Source: a bacterium | GTDB lineage: Bacteria > Auribacterota > JABMQX01 | NCBI GenBank assembly: GCA_030691545.1 | Contig: JAUYEE010000291.1 | Span: 147-64,146 of the forward strand | DNA: 64,000 nucleotides | Direction of reading: 5' to 3' | In this document: in pieces, positions 30,012-39,793 of the stretch | Position numbering within the stretch: the stretch's first letter is position 1 | How the letters are laid out: each line of letters begins with the position of its first letter | Translations under genes and position numbers: made by a program | Notes under the pieces: generated by a model | Seen by the model: only the letters and a program-made list of their open reading frames with translations | Database searches by the model: none | What the model was told of the DNA's origin: nothing

Positions 30012-31472
30012 ATGCCTGAGACAGACCAACCGATTTCCTACCCCGAACCTCCCCCCGAACTTCGCAGCCGAAACTGGTTCAAATTGCTGGCGTTCTTCGG
30101 GCCCGGCGCCATCATGGCTTCGGTGACCATCACGAGCGGGGAGACGCTGTTCGCTTCCCGCTCCGGAGCGACCTTCGCGTACGCCATGCTCTGGTGCCTG
30201 CTCGCGGCCGCTATCATGAAGGGAGTACAGGTCTATGGCGGGATGCGCTTCTTGGTCGTTACCGGCTACCATCCGATGGAAAGCTGGGCGTACCTTCCGG
30301 GTCCGCGGTCCTGGTGCCCGCTTCTGATCGGCATCCTGAGCTTGGCTTGTTTTCCGTTCTGGCTATCCGGCCTGCCCAAAATGCTGGGGCAAATCACGAA
30401 TTGGATCACCGGGCTCCAGAAGTATGAGGGAGCCCAGACCATCGAGCGAACGTGGGCAACGTTCTACATTGCCGTGGCGGTGACTGTCACCCTGCTTCAG
30501 ACCTACGGCTTCCTGGAAAAGGCACAGACAGTAATTCTCGTTATCCTTCTGGTGTCCATCCTTGCGGCCGTGTTCGCCTCCAAGCCGGATTGGCTCGCCG
30601 CGCTCGTCGGCGCCGTGAAGCCGACGATACCGAGGTACCCGGGGTGGGTGGAACACGCCTACCCGAAAGTGGCGGCGCGTCCCCCCTGGGTCGAAATCGG
30701 CACGTACATGGGCGCCCTCGGCGGAGGGACGTACGATTACCTCGGCTACGTCGGCATGTTGCGAGAAAAGGGCTGGGGGATGCTTCAGCGGGTCGGAAAG
30801 CTCATTCCCATGAGAGAACTTCGATCATCTCTCCCTGTCGAGAAGGGTGAGGTTCGGAAGTGCCGCACGTGGCTGCGTGCACCGATGATTGACTGCTCTG
30901 TGTCGTTCGCATGCGTTCTCATATTCACCGCGGCCTTCCTGATTCTTGGCGCGAGAATCCTCCATCCGGATAGAATCATTCCCGACGGCACCGAACTGTT
31001 CAACCACCAGGCACGTTTCCTGACTCGGATTCACGATAGCCTCCTGTACGTCTATCAGGTAGGCGTCTTTATGGCGTTTTTCGGGACCATTATCGGAGCC
31101 TATGAAATCTACACCCGCACGACCTCCGAGTGCCTCCGGGGGGTCTGGAAACGAGGAGGGGAGGTTCCGCTTCGACGCGTTCGCGTCGGGGTCTGCATCT
31201 ACACGGGCGGCCTCGGGCTACTGCTGGTCTGGACGGTGGAGAACCCCATCAGCATTGTGACCATCCCTGCACTCTTAGGAGGGGTCTTCACGTGCGGGCT
31301 GTGGTGTTTCGCTGTGCTTTGGGCAGAGCGCCGGTTTCTCCCGGAGGCTCATCGGATGAAGAAGGGACTGTTCGTGGCCACCGTCATCGCGGGCGTTGCT
31401 ATGACGTTCTTTGGCGCCATGGCCCTGTATCTCCACTTTGCGCCGAAGATTGCCGCTTTGTTCGGGCATTAG
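30012..31472 (+). CDS. mntH: NRAMP-family divalent metal (Mn2+/Fe2+) transporter
   Basis: The N-terminal motif is KLLAFFGPGAIMASVTITSGETLFASRSGATFAYAMLWCLL. This matches the Nramp consensus (GPG...DPG/..Ga.fGY.LLW). Confidence 0.7.
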   Translation: MPETDQPISYPEPPPELRSRNWFKLLAFFGPGAIMASVTITSGETLFASRSGATFAYAMLWCLLAAAIMKGVQVYGGMRFLVVTGYHPMESWAYLPGPRSWCPLLIGILSLACFPFWLSGLPKMLGQITNWITGLQKYEGAQTIERTWATFYIAVAVTVTLLQTYGFLEKAQTVILVILLVSILAAVFASKPDWLAALVGAVKPTIPRYPGWVEHAYPKVAARPPWVEIGTYMGALGGGTYDYLGYVGMLREKGWGMLQRVGKLIPMRELRSSLPVEKGEVRKCRTWLRAPMIDCSVSFACVLIFTAAFLILGARILHPDRIIPDGTELFNHQARFLTRIHDSLLYVYQVGVFMAFFGTIIGAYEIYTRTTSECLRGVWKRGGEVPLRRVRVGVCIYTGGLGLLLVWTVENPISIVTIPALLGGVFTCGLWCFAVLWAERRFLPEAHRMKKGLFVATVIAGVAMTFFGAMALYLHFAPKIAALFGH

Positions 31473-31522
31473 TGAGTGCTTGTTGTTTTTGCATTTCGCG
31501 CTAACTGTGGAAAGGGAAAAGT

Positions 31523-32449
31523 ATGCAAGCTAAGATTGCGGTTTTCATGTTCCTGTCATTTTTTATTGCAGCAGAGAAAGCACCTGCGGAAGGGTCTCCG
31601 AAGGAGAGCGATATGAGCAAATCTCCGTCGCAGAATTGGCAGGTATCTCCGGAAGAACTTGACAAGCTTTGCCAGTCCAATGCGGACATTCCCCACGGGA
31701 CGATTCACACCGAGACGTTCGTCTGCAAAACAACCGGCATCACGAAGAAGTGTTGCGTCTGGACGCCGCCCGGATGCGAGAAGTCCGAGCAGAAGTATCC
31801 GGTGCTATACCTCTTGCATGGGATCGGTGACGATGAGACCGGCTGGCGAGTGAAAGGATCTGCGGACAACATCCTCGACAATTCCCTCGCAAAGGGGCGG
31901 ATGAAGCCGATGATTGTCGTCATGCCCAACGGATTCGTCAGCGGTGAAAAGCCGAACGAGCAAATCGAGGGCGGCGGAATCCCCTGGAAGCAGATGCCGG
32001 ATAGCCAGAAGTTCGATGACTATTTGATCAAGGATGTCATGCGCGTCGTGGAGGGCAAGTATCGGATTAAGGGCGACCGGGAGCACCGCGCCATCGCCGG
32101 CCTTTCGATGGGAGGCGGGCAGTCCCTCGAGGTCGGCCTGAACCACCTGGACCTTTTCTCGTCAATTGGCAACTTCAGCGGGGCCGTTCACAGGACGAAC
32201 GTGGTGGAGAAATACCCTGTCCTCAAGGACGCGAAAACTCTCGATGCCAAGCTAAAGGTGTTTTATCACGCCTGTGGGAAGAGCGACTTCCTGTACGAGC
32301 CTAACAGGAAGCTTGTGGACGACCTTACCAAGGGGGGCGTCCGACATATTTATCGGGAAATGGAAGGCGGACACATCTGGCCCGTCTGGAAACAGTGCCT
32401 CGCCGAAATCCTGCCGCTCATTTCCGAAGCGATGCAAGAAGCCAAGTAG
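31523..32449 (+). CDS. Secreted esterase, 'putative esterase' family (PF00756-like, CE1-type alpha/beta hydrolase)
   Basis: Signal peptide is present. The YPVLYLLHGIGDDETGW motif and the nucleophile-elbow context GLSMGGGQS are found. A GGAAAAG RBS is present. Confidence 0.7.
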   Translation: MQAKIAVFMFLSFFIAAEKAPAEGSPKESDMSKSPSQNWQVSPEELDKLCQSNADIPHGTIHTETFVCKTTGITKKCCVWTPPGCEKSEQKYPVLYLLHGIGDDETGWRVKGSADNILDNSLAKGRMKPMIVVMPNGFVSGEKPNEQIEGGGIPWKQMPDSQKFDDYLIKDVMRVVEGKYRIKGDREHRAIAGLSMGGGQSLEVGLNHLDLFSSIGNFSGAVHRTNVVEKYPVLKDAKTLDAKLKVFYHACGKSDFLYEPNRKLVDDLTKGGVRHIYREMEGGHIWPVWKQCLAEILPLISEAMQEAK

Positions 32450-32594
32450 CCTGCGCATACTGAGAACGCAATCCCCGATGCAGTCGCTCAGTGGCGCCGA
32501 AACGCGAGTGGGCCGTCTTCGGCGCCCTTCAGACCCAATCGAGAAAACAGAAAGGCTCGCGAAGCAATCGTAGGGAAAGGTCTCAGAAACACCT

Positions 32595-33233
32595 TCAACC
32601 ACACACGTCGAGGGCGAACGCTTTCAGCTCGCTGAAAACCTCACTGTTCCACGGCCAAACCTTAGCATGAGCGGCCTCGCCGAGGCGCTTCCAGAGCTTT
32701 TCTCTCGAGGCAAGGAAAACGCGAACCATAGCCTTGGACAAGTTCTCTGGTTCCGGAACGCCTTCATCCTTCAAGCAGTCGAAATACGCCTCGACACATC
32801 GCATGGCCTTGTCATCCTTGACGGATGCCAGGCACAGGTCCTCCATGATTCCGGGCCTGCCCTGCCCCGGCAAAATCATCACTCGCACACAGGGCGACTC
32901 GCCTTCCGATTGCAGGGGCTTTGCCGGAACAGGCAACTCTGCCTCCTCCAGAGCGCGCTGGATGCTGCTGAACGCCCCCTTGGGATCTCTATCGGCGTCC
33001 CGAACCACGCCAAGGGACCGCACTTTTCCCACAAATCCTGCTTCTTTGGCCAGCGCACCCAACTGTCTCCTGATCTCCCCTTTCCCCCCGAGGTTCCAAA
33101 TGTCAACATCACCGGTTACACCCAGGCGCGTCAGGAACGGCTCGAAGAAGTGTGCCTGGTCCATCCCCTCGACCGCGAAAACGACCGGCGCCAGTATCTG
33201 CAGTCGCTCAGCGGGCCGAGCCAGCGGATTCAT
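32595..33233 (-). CDS. Small Toprim-like (DUF4276/RloB-like) protein, partner of the upstream ABC-type ATPase
   Basis: It starts 15 nt after the ATPase stop on the same strand. The N-terminal VVFAVEGMDQ supplies the Toprim Glu. LGVVRDADRD looks like the Toprim DxD. The ORF-track start at 33470 would overlap the ATPase; the internal ATG is preferred. Confidence 0.5.
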   Translation of the reverse strand: MNPLARPAERLQILAPVVFAVEGMDQAHFFEPFLTRLGVTGDVDIWNLGGKGEIRRQLGALAKEAGFVGKVRSLGVVRDADRDPKGAFSSIQRALEEAELPVPAKPLQSEGESPCVRVMILPGQGRPGIMEDLCLASVKDDKAMRCVEAYFDCLKDEGVPEPENLSKAMVRVFLASREKLWKRLGEAAHAKVWPWNSEVFSELKAFALDVCG

Positions 33234-33247
33234 GATCCGGATTGCCA

Positions 33248-34384
33248 CTATCTGACCTCCACGCCGCTCTCCGCTGCCGCCGCCAACGTTTCCCGGTCGT
33301 ATGTTATCGCTCGCAGCTTTTCTGCTACCCTTTGGAGGCGGAGATATTGAAAGTCGTAGGGTTTCATCCCGTGGAAGGCTCTCTGCGCTGCGACGATGCA
33401 TTCCCAGGAATGCGTCGTGGCAAAGATCTGGGTGTTGAACTCCCCCGCCATCTCCGCAACAGCCAGCCACACCTTCTCGAGCACGGAATGGTGTAAGCCA
33501 TTCTCTACCTCATCCAAGAGCGCCACGCCGCCTTCCGCGTTACCGATGCTCACACCAAGGTGGACGAGGCGCATAATCCCGTCACCCATAAGGTTCACTG
33601 GCATTAGACGGGGAAGTCCTACATCCCCGTGCAGAACCGGCTGACCGGGCGTGCGCATCACCATCGTCACACGTCTTAGCCGAGGTTCAATGAGCTTCAA
33701 GAGCTCCACGAGGACTTGCTGCCTTCCCCGGACCTCGAGGTTCCCGAACCGCTCGGCAAAATCCTGCGGAGATGCCGGAAGACGGTCCGAAACAAAGATC
33801 GTCTGGAAGGAGGGCGGCTGCGGGATCACAGGCTCGAAGCGAACACCGGTGTGATCCAATACGACCGTGTGCTTGCCGCGATTTCCGTTCTCCTCGTATT
33901 CGAGCTCAAGCGCCTGAGCTGCCTCGGACGACAACGGCACAGTCACCGTTTTCGGGCCTCGGGCAGTGCCCCTATCCTGTTCTGATTCCGCATCGCCCGC
34001 GGAACGAGGCATCATCTCGAGGGCGCGGAGCACGGCGGCAGGCAACGATCTCAGGCGGAGGATACGTTGGCCCCTCCCCTTGATCGAACCGGCAATCTCC
34101 ACCGTTTTTGAGGTGTCAAACTCAGTGAATAAGGAGTCCCATATCCGCTCAACCGAGGGGTGAGTGGGCAACTTTATCGTTTGCATCCCTCTGAACGCAT
34201 TGACGCGCAAGGCCAGCTCGGCACTATACCCCCCTGAGTGCAGAAATACTGCTTCCAGCAACGTTGTTTTCCCAACACCGTTCAATCCAGCGATGAGATT
34301 GACGCGCTTCAACCGCTTGAGCGAAAGCTCAGACAAGCACCGAAAGTTGCGTACCTGAAAAGACGTATACATGGTTCCCACCAT
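33248..34384 (-). CDS. AAA_21/SMC-like ABC-type ATPase (OLD/RloA/Septu-PtuA-like fold)
   Basis: Walker A is NLIAGLNGVGKTTLLEAV. Walker B/D-loop is GGVALLDEVENGLH. The H-loop is IFATTHS. Confidence 0.8.
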   Translation of the reverse strand: MVGTMYTSFQVRNFRCLSELSLKRLKRVNLIAGLNGVGKTTLLEAVFLHSGGYSAELALRVNAFRGMQTIKLPTHPSVERIWDSLFTEFDTSKTVEIAGSIKGRGQRILRLRSLPAAVLRALEMMPRSAGDAESEQDRGTARGPKTVTVPLSSEAAQALELEYEENGNRGKHTVVLDHTGVRFEPVIPQPPSFQTIFVSDRLPASPQDFAERFGNLEVRGRQQVLVELLKLIEPRLRRVTMVMRTPGQPVLHGDVGLPRLMPVNLMGDGIMRLVHLGVSIGNAEGGVALLDEVENGLHHSVLEKVWLAVAEMAGEFNTQIFATTHSWECIVAAQRAFHGMKPYDFQYLRLQRVAEKLRAITYDRETLAAAAESGVEVR

Positions 34385-34658
34385 CCCGCTGTTTCACTGG
34401 TCTGAGGGAGCCCGAGCGGCCCCCTGTGTCCTTAAGACTGTCTTTTGCTTATACTACCACACGTGGCCGCCACGTTCCAACACCAAAGCCTCTTTAACCC
34501 CGCCAGCTCGTTACTGCCCATCCTCAACCTTGTGGCACGGTACTACCTTTCAGCCCCCGACACCAGGATCCGCCGCTCGGCTCCGGGAGTCGGGAATAGC
34601 CGGGTCGGAACGGGGTTGGGGCGGAGGGCCTCCGACATGCCAGGAGCCTCGCGGGCCG

Positions 34659-34964
34659 TTATCGGGGACGCTTGAAGATGTACTCGTATTTGATGTTCGG
34701 CGTCATTCCGCTTTCGAGGAGCGCTTTCAGACGCAGCCCGAACGTCTCGACGACCCTGCTAATGTGAACCAGTTCCCACCCCTCGGAGCCGAGCTTGTTC
34801 ATCTGACCCTCCCAGTCATAATCGTACACCTCGACGATGGTGTATTCCCACTGCGTTCTTGCGGGGCGGTCTGACTCCTGGGCGGCACGGAGATTCCAGA
34901 CCAAGAGACCGAGCAGGACGCAGGCCCCCGCCAAAATCACTTTCGTTCCCGTGTTCATTTTCAC
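34659..34964 (-). CDS. DUF4177-like small secreted protein
   Basis: A signal peptide is followed by the WEYTIVEV...LGSEGWELV motif characteristic of DUF4177. Confidence 0.5.
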   Translation of the reverse strand: MKMNTGTKVILAGACVLLGLLVWNLRAAQESDRPARTQWEYTIVEVYDYDWEGQMNKLGSEGWELVHISRVVETFGLRLKALLESGMTPNIKYEYIFKRPR

Positions 34965-35005
34965 TTGCGTACCTCCTGTAATCCACCGAGACGAGCCGCT
35001 GACCG

Positions 35006-37051
35006 CTACAGCTTGTTGCCGTCCGCGGGCGGCTCTTCTTTCAGGCGAAACGTGGGTATCGCCGGTTCCGCGAGAGGCCCCTGGCGAAGCATGTCCAACA
35101 TCGTGTCGGAGAGGTAGTCGTAGCAGAAGAAAGAGAAGCCCTGAATGCCCAAAGACCGGATCATACTGAGTTGCTCCAGGACGAGCGACGGATCGCGCGA
35201 GCTTGCCTTGCCACCTGAGCGGACGTAGATGGAAAGGCCGGTAGCCAGTTTGCTGTCGTCTTTCATGGCGTCGAGGAAGCTCTGCTCGTTCTTCCGAAGC
35301 TCGAACGTGTCCATCGTATAATCCATGGGCAGCACAACGTCAATGTAGCCGGCATCGGCCCACTGAGGAGCGTTCTGGCCCTGGCGGGCGCCGTTTTCGA
35401 GGTTGGCGAAGACCGCCGCGGACATGATGATTCCCTTGCGGATCTTCCGTGCTTGTTCGGATACGTCGCGAACGATTTTCGTCACAGTCTCCTGGTTCCA
35501 CTTCGTCCATTCTTCATCCGTCGCCTCTTCAATGTCGTGGCCGAAGTGCTTCCTGAAGCCCTCGCGGCATCGCTGGCAGTAACAATCGGTCATCGTGCGG
35601 ATGTAGTCGAAGTGGAGTCCGTCCACATCGTAGTTCCGCGCCACGTCCACCATGATGTCCACGTTGAACTTCTGATAGTCAGGGTTGTGGAGGTCGGCGG
35701 GGACCTGCGACGCCACGGTCGCAAAAGGTTTTCCATCTTTGCCGACGACCGCGAACTGAGGATAGCGCTCAAAGCCCGGGCCGTGGCTCTCTCCCTGCTT
35801 GGCGCCAAAGTAGGCGTTGCAGAACCAGGGGTGCACCTCCAGCCCCGCCGCGTGACATTGCTTGATAAGATAAGCGAGCGGGTCAAACCCCGTGGGCACC
35901 TCCCTCTCCATCGGCAACTTGTCCGTCTTGAACGTCACATAGCCCCGGACGTACACAATCGGAATGACCACATTAAGGTTGGCGTTCTTGATCCGCGGAA
36001 TCATCGCGTCGGTGGCTTCGGGCGTGGCGTAGTCGCGGACGTGAACCCAGATTGCCCGCGTCTCGATGATTTTGCCGTCGGCTGAGCGGCGAAGCTTCGA
36101 CTCAAAAAAGCCTGAAACCGAAGGAATCCGTTCCACTTCGCCATATCCGTAAGGAATCCTCGCCGTCACCATCCGCCCCGCCGGCCCCATCGGCGTCTGT
36201 GCCAACACTTTTGCCTCGAGATTCAGGGCATCAACGGGCGCAGTCGTTTTCGGCAACGTGCCTTTGTAGAATCCCGTCGGCGAGCTCATGAAATCATAAA
36301 CTGGCTCGAGCGCGATAGCAGCGAGTCTCTTGCCCTCGGACTCTGGCTGCGCGGTTATTTGCGCCCGAGAGACAGGAAACACGTCTCCATCCGCGTCCTT
36401 CACGGAAAGGCGCACGAGAAAAGGTTCGCTCGGTCGCCACGTCGAGGCGAACTCATCGAGAGTCAACGCGAAGTCGGTCAGATTTGCCAGAGTAAACGAC
36501 AGCTCTCGCTTGACTTCCGGCGAGTGCCAGAACGGATTCGGGTCACAAACGTCGAGCCAGACATTGGTCTGTGCGTCAACGATGAGAAAGTAGGAACGGC
36601 TGCGGATGCCGCAGAGCCCCTTTTTCAGCGACGGCCCGCGCGAGAGGTCAACCGTGAACCCATTTGCCTGCGCCTCTGCCTGACCGCGTTTCCGCAGGTC
36701 TATTCCTTCGCGGCTGTGGAGGCGGGAGATGTCCCCGGTCGTGTAGTTGTACAAAGACCAGTATTCCGAGCCGAGCCGCGAATCTAAGAGAATCGGCGCC
36801 GGCTGGAGAACCTCATACGAAATCTCAATCTTGGCGGGAATCTTCTCGGCGTCCTCAAAATGAACGATGGAGGTCGGCATCGTAACCGACAGAAACTTCA
36901 CTCGCCCTCCGCCACGGTAAGGCGACCGTCCCTCGACTCCTCTCCCGACGACTTCGAGCACGGCGGAATTTTGCGGCGAGGCGGGTGCGGCGTGGAAAAG
37001 CATTGCAGCAACAGACAGAGTCGCAACTCTTGCACGTGTCATGAAGGGCAT
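35006..37051 (-). CDS. Secreted glycoside-hydrolase-like family 10 (GHL10/DUF187, YngK-like) protein with N-terminal beta-rich domain
   Basis: Signal peptide is present. The C-terminal TIM-barrel-like region has NLNVVIPIVYVRGYVTFKTD, HPWFCNAYFG and DGLHFDYIRT motifs recalled from PF02638. Confidence 0.55.
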   Translation of the reverse strand: MPFMTRARVATLSVAAMLFHAAPASPQNSAVLEVVGRGVEGRSPYRGGGRVKFLSVTMPTSIVHFEDAEKIPAKIEISYEVLQPAPILLDSRLGSEYWSLYNYTTGDISRLHSREGIDLRKRGQAEAQANGFTVDLSRGPSLKKGLCGIRSRSYFLIVDAQTNVWLDVCDPNPFWHSPEVKRELSFTLANLTDFALTLDEFASTWRPSEPFLVRLSVKDADGDVFPVSRAQITAQPESEGKRLAAIALEPVYDFMSSPTGFYKGTLPKTTAPVDALNLEAKVLAQTPMGPAGRMVTARIPYGYGEVERIPSVSGFFESKLRRSADGKIIETRAIWVHVRDYATPEATDAMIPRIKNANLNVVIPIVYVRGYVTFKTDKLPMEREVPTGFDPLAYLIKQCHAAGLEVHPWFCNAYFGAKQGESHGPGFERYPQFAVVGKDGKPFATVASQVPADLHNPDYQKFNVDIMVDVARNYDVDGLHFDYIRTMTDCYCQRCREGFRKHFGHDIEEATDEEWTKWNQETVTKIVRDVSEQARKIRKGIIMSAAVFANLENGARQGQNAPQWADAGYIDVVLPMDYTMDTFELRKNEQSFLDAMKDDSKLATGLSIYVRSGGKASSRDPSLVLEQLSMIRSLGIQGFSFFCYDYLSDTMLDMLRQGPLAEPAIPTFRLKEEPPADGNKL

Positions 37052-37139
37052 GCTGTCCTCCTTTCAAGCGTGTACTCCGGAGATGGGATATTCCTCACCC
37101 GCGTACTATCTGTGCATCGCCCGCCGATGTCAAGCCCAG

Positions 37140-37475
37140 CCGCAGGAAGGGTGCCGCCCTATTGTGGGGGCATCGTATTATTTCGCCCTTTCGGGGCTTG
37201 GATGTTTCGGTTTGACCGGGTCCCCAAGGCGTCGCCCTGGGCTATGTTATTTCGCCCTTTCAGGGCTTAGCTTCGAAGATCATGCCAAGCACCAACCGGT
37301 CCCGCCAAAGGCGGGATGCCACTCCCTCCCCGCCGGGCTTCAGCCGGCGCCCATCCTTAGCCACGGGCTTTAGTCCGTGGTATTCTGACGCCGCAGGTTT
37401 CTGCCTGAGCAGGCTTCAGCCTGGCTTCTCGATGAGGGGATTCATCCATACCCCTCATACGTGGCCACACCCCGC
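37140..37475. repeat. Intergenic modular repeat, copy 2 (divergent promoter region between GHL10 gene and uvrB)
   Basis: Tandem units are TTATTTCGCCCTTTCGGGGCTT (37184-37209) and GGCGTCGCCCTGGGCTATGTTATTTCGCCCTTTCAGGGCTT (37222-37268). GGGCTTCAGCC/GGGCTTTAGTCC hairpins are present. CTTCTCGATGAGGGGATTCATCCATACCCCTCA at 37418-37452 is identical in inverted orientation to 18520-18552. Confidence 0.7.
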
Positions 37476-37558
37476 ACGCCGTGCATGGGCATTGACAGCG
37501 GTCTGTGCCGGAATTATGCTTCTATGGGAGAGAGAAGGAGAGGAGGTTGCTCTGCTCA

Positions 37559-39553
37559 GTGAGTGAATTTGAGATTGTGACAGGTTTTGTGCCGAAGGGC
37601 GATCAACCCAAGGCCATTGGCGAGTTGACGGAAGGCGTCCTCGCGGGAAGAAAAGCCCAGGTTCTTCTCGGAGTGACCGGTTCCGGCAAGACGTTCACGA
37701 TGGCCCACGTCATCGCCAATACGCAGAAGCCGACCCTCGTCATCGCCCACAACAAGACCCTTGCCGCTCAGCTCTACAGCGAGTTCAAGCAGCTTTTCCC
37801 TCACAACGCCGTGGAGTATTTCGTCAGTTACTACGATTATTACCAGCCGGAAGCGTACATCCCGCAGACGGACACGTACATCGCTAAGGACGCCTCCATC
37901 AACGAGAACATTGACAAGCTCCGCCATTCGGCGACGCGGTCGCTGCTGGAGAGAAGGGATGTCATCATTGTCGCGAGTGTCTCGTGCATCTTTGCCCTCG
38001 GCTCGCCGGAAGCCTACCGGGCGATGACGATCCCGCTGGAAACCGGCGGAACGTTTTCCCGCGAGAGGCTGCTTGACGACTTGGTGAGGATTCAATACCA
38101 GCGGAACGATGTTGATTTTCACCGTGGGACATTTCGCGTGAGGGGCGATGTGGTCGAGATTTTCCCCGCGTACGAGGGGGAGATGGCCGTTCGGGTGGAA
38201 TTCTACGGCGACGAGATTGAGGGCATTTCCGAGATTGATCCGCTGCGCGGGAAAGCCCGTCGGAAGCTCGATAGCGTGACAATCTACCCCGGCAGCCACT
38301 ATGTCACTTCGGAGATAACCATGCAGGAAGCCCTCGAGACCATCCGCGAGGAGTTGAAGGAGAGGCTGGAGTTTTTCCAGAAACGAAATTGCCTTCTCGA
38401 GATGCAGCGGCTGGAGCAGCGGACGAACTACGACCTGGAGTTGATGGCGGAGCTGGGCTATTGTCCGGGCATCGAGAACTATTCCCGCCATTTCACGGGG
38501 CGGAAGCCGGGGGAACCGCCGCCGACTCTGATTGACTATTTTCCGCGAGACTTTCTTCTCTTCATGGACGAGAGCCACGTGTCGGTTCCGCAGCTCAGGG
38601 GAATGTATCGCGGAGACCGGTCTCGCAAAGAGACGCTCATCGAGCACGGTTTCCGTCTGCCATCGGCTCTGGACAATCGCCCCCTGCGCCATGAGGAGTT
38701 CGATAAACTGGTCAACCAGGTCGTCTTCGTCTCGGCGACTCCGGACGAATTCGAGATCGAGCGGGCGGGCGGGATCGTGACGGAGCAGCTCGTTCGCCCG
38801 ACAGGGCTGATTGATCCGGAGGTCGAACTGCGACCCGCGTCGCAGCAGGTGGACGACCTCCTCGAGGAAATTCGCAAAAGGGTGGCAGCGGGGCAGCGGG
38901 TGCTCGTCACGACGCTGACCAAGAGAATGGCGGAGGACCTCACGGAGTACTATCTCGATCTTGGGGTGAAGGTGAAATACCTCCACGCGGATGTGGAGAC
39001 GCTCAAGCGGGTGGAAATCATCCGAGACCTGAGGCAGGGGGTGTTTGACGTGCTAATCGGCATCAATTTGCTGAGGGAAGGACTCGACATCCCCGAGGTG
39101 TCCCTGGTGGCCATTCTCGACGCGGACAAGGAGGGATTCCTGCGGTCGCGCATTTCACTGATTCAGACGATTGGGCGGGCGTCGAGAAATCTGGATGGCA
39201 AGGTCATCCTGTACTCCGACAGGGTTACGGACTCCATCCGCGCGGCCATGGAAGAGACGAACCGCCGTAGGGAAGTCCAGAAGGAGCACAACCGCAAGCA
39301 TCACATCACGCCCGAGAGCGTCCGAAAAGAGATTACCAATATTCTCGCGTCGGTCTATGAGGCGGATTACGTGACAGTGCCGCTCGTCGCCGAGGAGATT
39401 GTGAAATACTCCTCGCCGGACGAATTGCGGGCAACGATCAAACAGCTTCGGAAGGAAATGGTCCGCGCCGCCAAAGAGCTTCGCTTCGAGGACGCCGCTC
39501 GACTCCGCGACCAGGTTAAAGAACTGGAAGAGGTCGAAGTAACCTACTTGTGA
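37559..39553 (+). CDS. uvrB: Excinuclease ABC subunit B
   Basis: There is near-textbook identity to UvrB ([59 protein letters not shown]). The C-terminal UvrB/UvrC interaction domain is [11 protein letters not shown]. The ORF track starts at 37505; a GTG start near 37559 is equally possible. Confidence 0.9.
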   Translation: MSEFEIVTGFVPKGDQPKAIGELTEGVLAGRKAQVLLGVTGSGKTFTMAHVIANTQKPTLVIAHNKTLAAQLYSEFKQLFPHNAVEYFVSYYDYYQPEAYIPQTDTYIAKDASINENIDKLRHSATRSLLERRDVIIVASVSCIFALGSPEAYRAMTIPLETGGTFSRERLLDDLVRIQYQRNDVDFHRGTFRVRGDVVEIFPAYEGEMAVRVEFYGDEIEGISEIDPLRGKARRKLDSVTIYPGSHYVTSEITMQEALETIREELKERLEFFQKRNCLLEMQRLEQRTNYDLELMAELGYCPGIENYSRHFTGRKPGEPPPTLIDYFPRDFLLFMDESHVSVPQLRGMYRGDRSRKETLIEHGFRLPSALDNRPLRHEEFDKLVNQVVFVSATPDEFEIERAGGIVTEQLVRPTGLIDPEVELRPASQQVDDLLEEIRKRVAAGQRVLVTTLTKRMAEDLTEYYLDLGVKVKYLHADVETLKRVEIIRDLRQGVFDVLIGINLLREGLDIPEVSLVAILDADKEGFLRSRISLIQTIGRASRNLDGKVILYSDRVTDSIRAAMEETNRRREVQKEHNRKHHITPESVRKEITNILASVYEADYVTVPLVAEEIVKYSSPDELRATIKQLRKEMVRAAKELRFEDAARLRDQVKELEEVEVTYL

Positions 39554-39793
39554 CCAGCAGAGGCGCGTTCTGGCCTTTATCGGAACCACTCGCTTGGCCC
39601 GATTGCGATCCTGGCCCACCGTGTCCCGGTGGTGGGTGTTCCGGGGGCATCAGCAATTGCGGGTGCATTTGACCCCTTGCGTGGCGGCGGAAGATGTGGT
39701 ACAAAACAATTGTTCTGCGCCTGGTGACGCGGGAGGAGCAAAATTCCTCGCCAAGTCAATTCAGCAATCCCTATTTGGAGGGAGGTGTCGAAA

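Noticed and set aside
32667-33350. 227-aa plus-strand ORF overlapping the Toprim-like gene
   Set aside because: The minus-strand frame continues the operon, starting 15 nt after the ATPase stop, and carries E...DxD Toprim-like motifs. The plus ORF is featureless.
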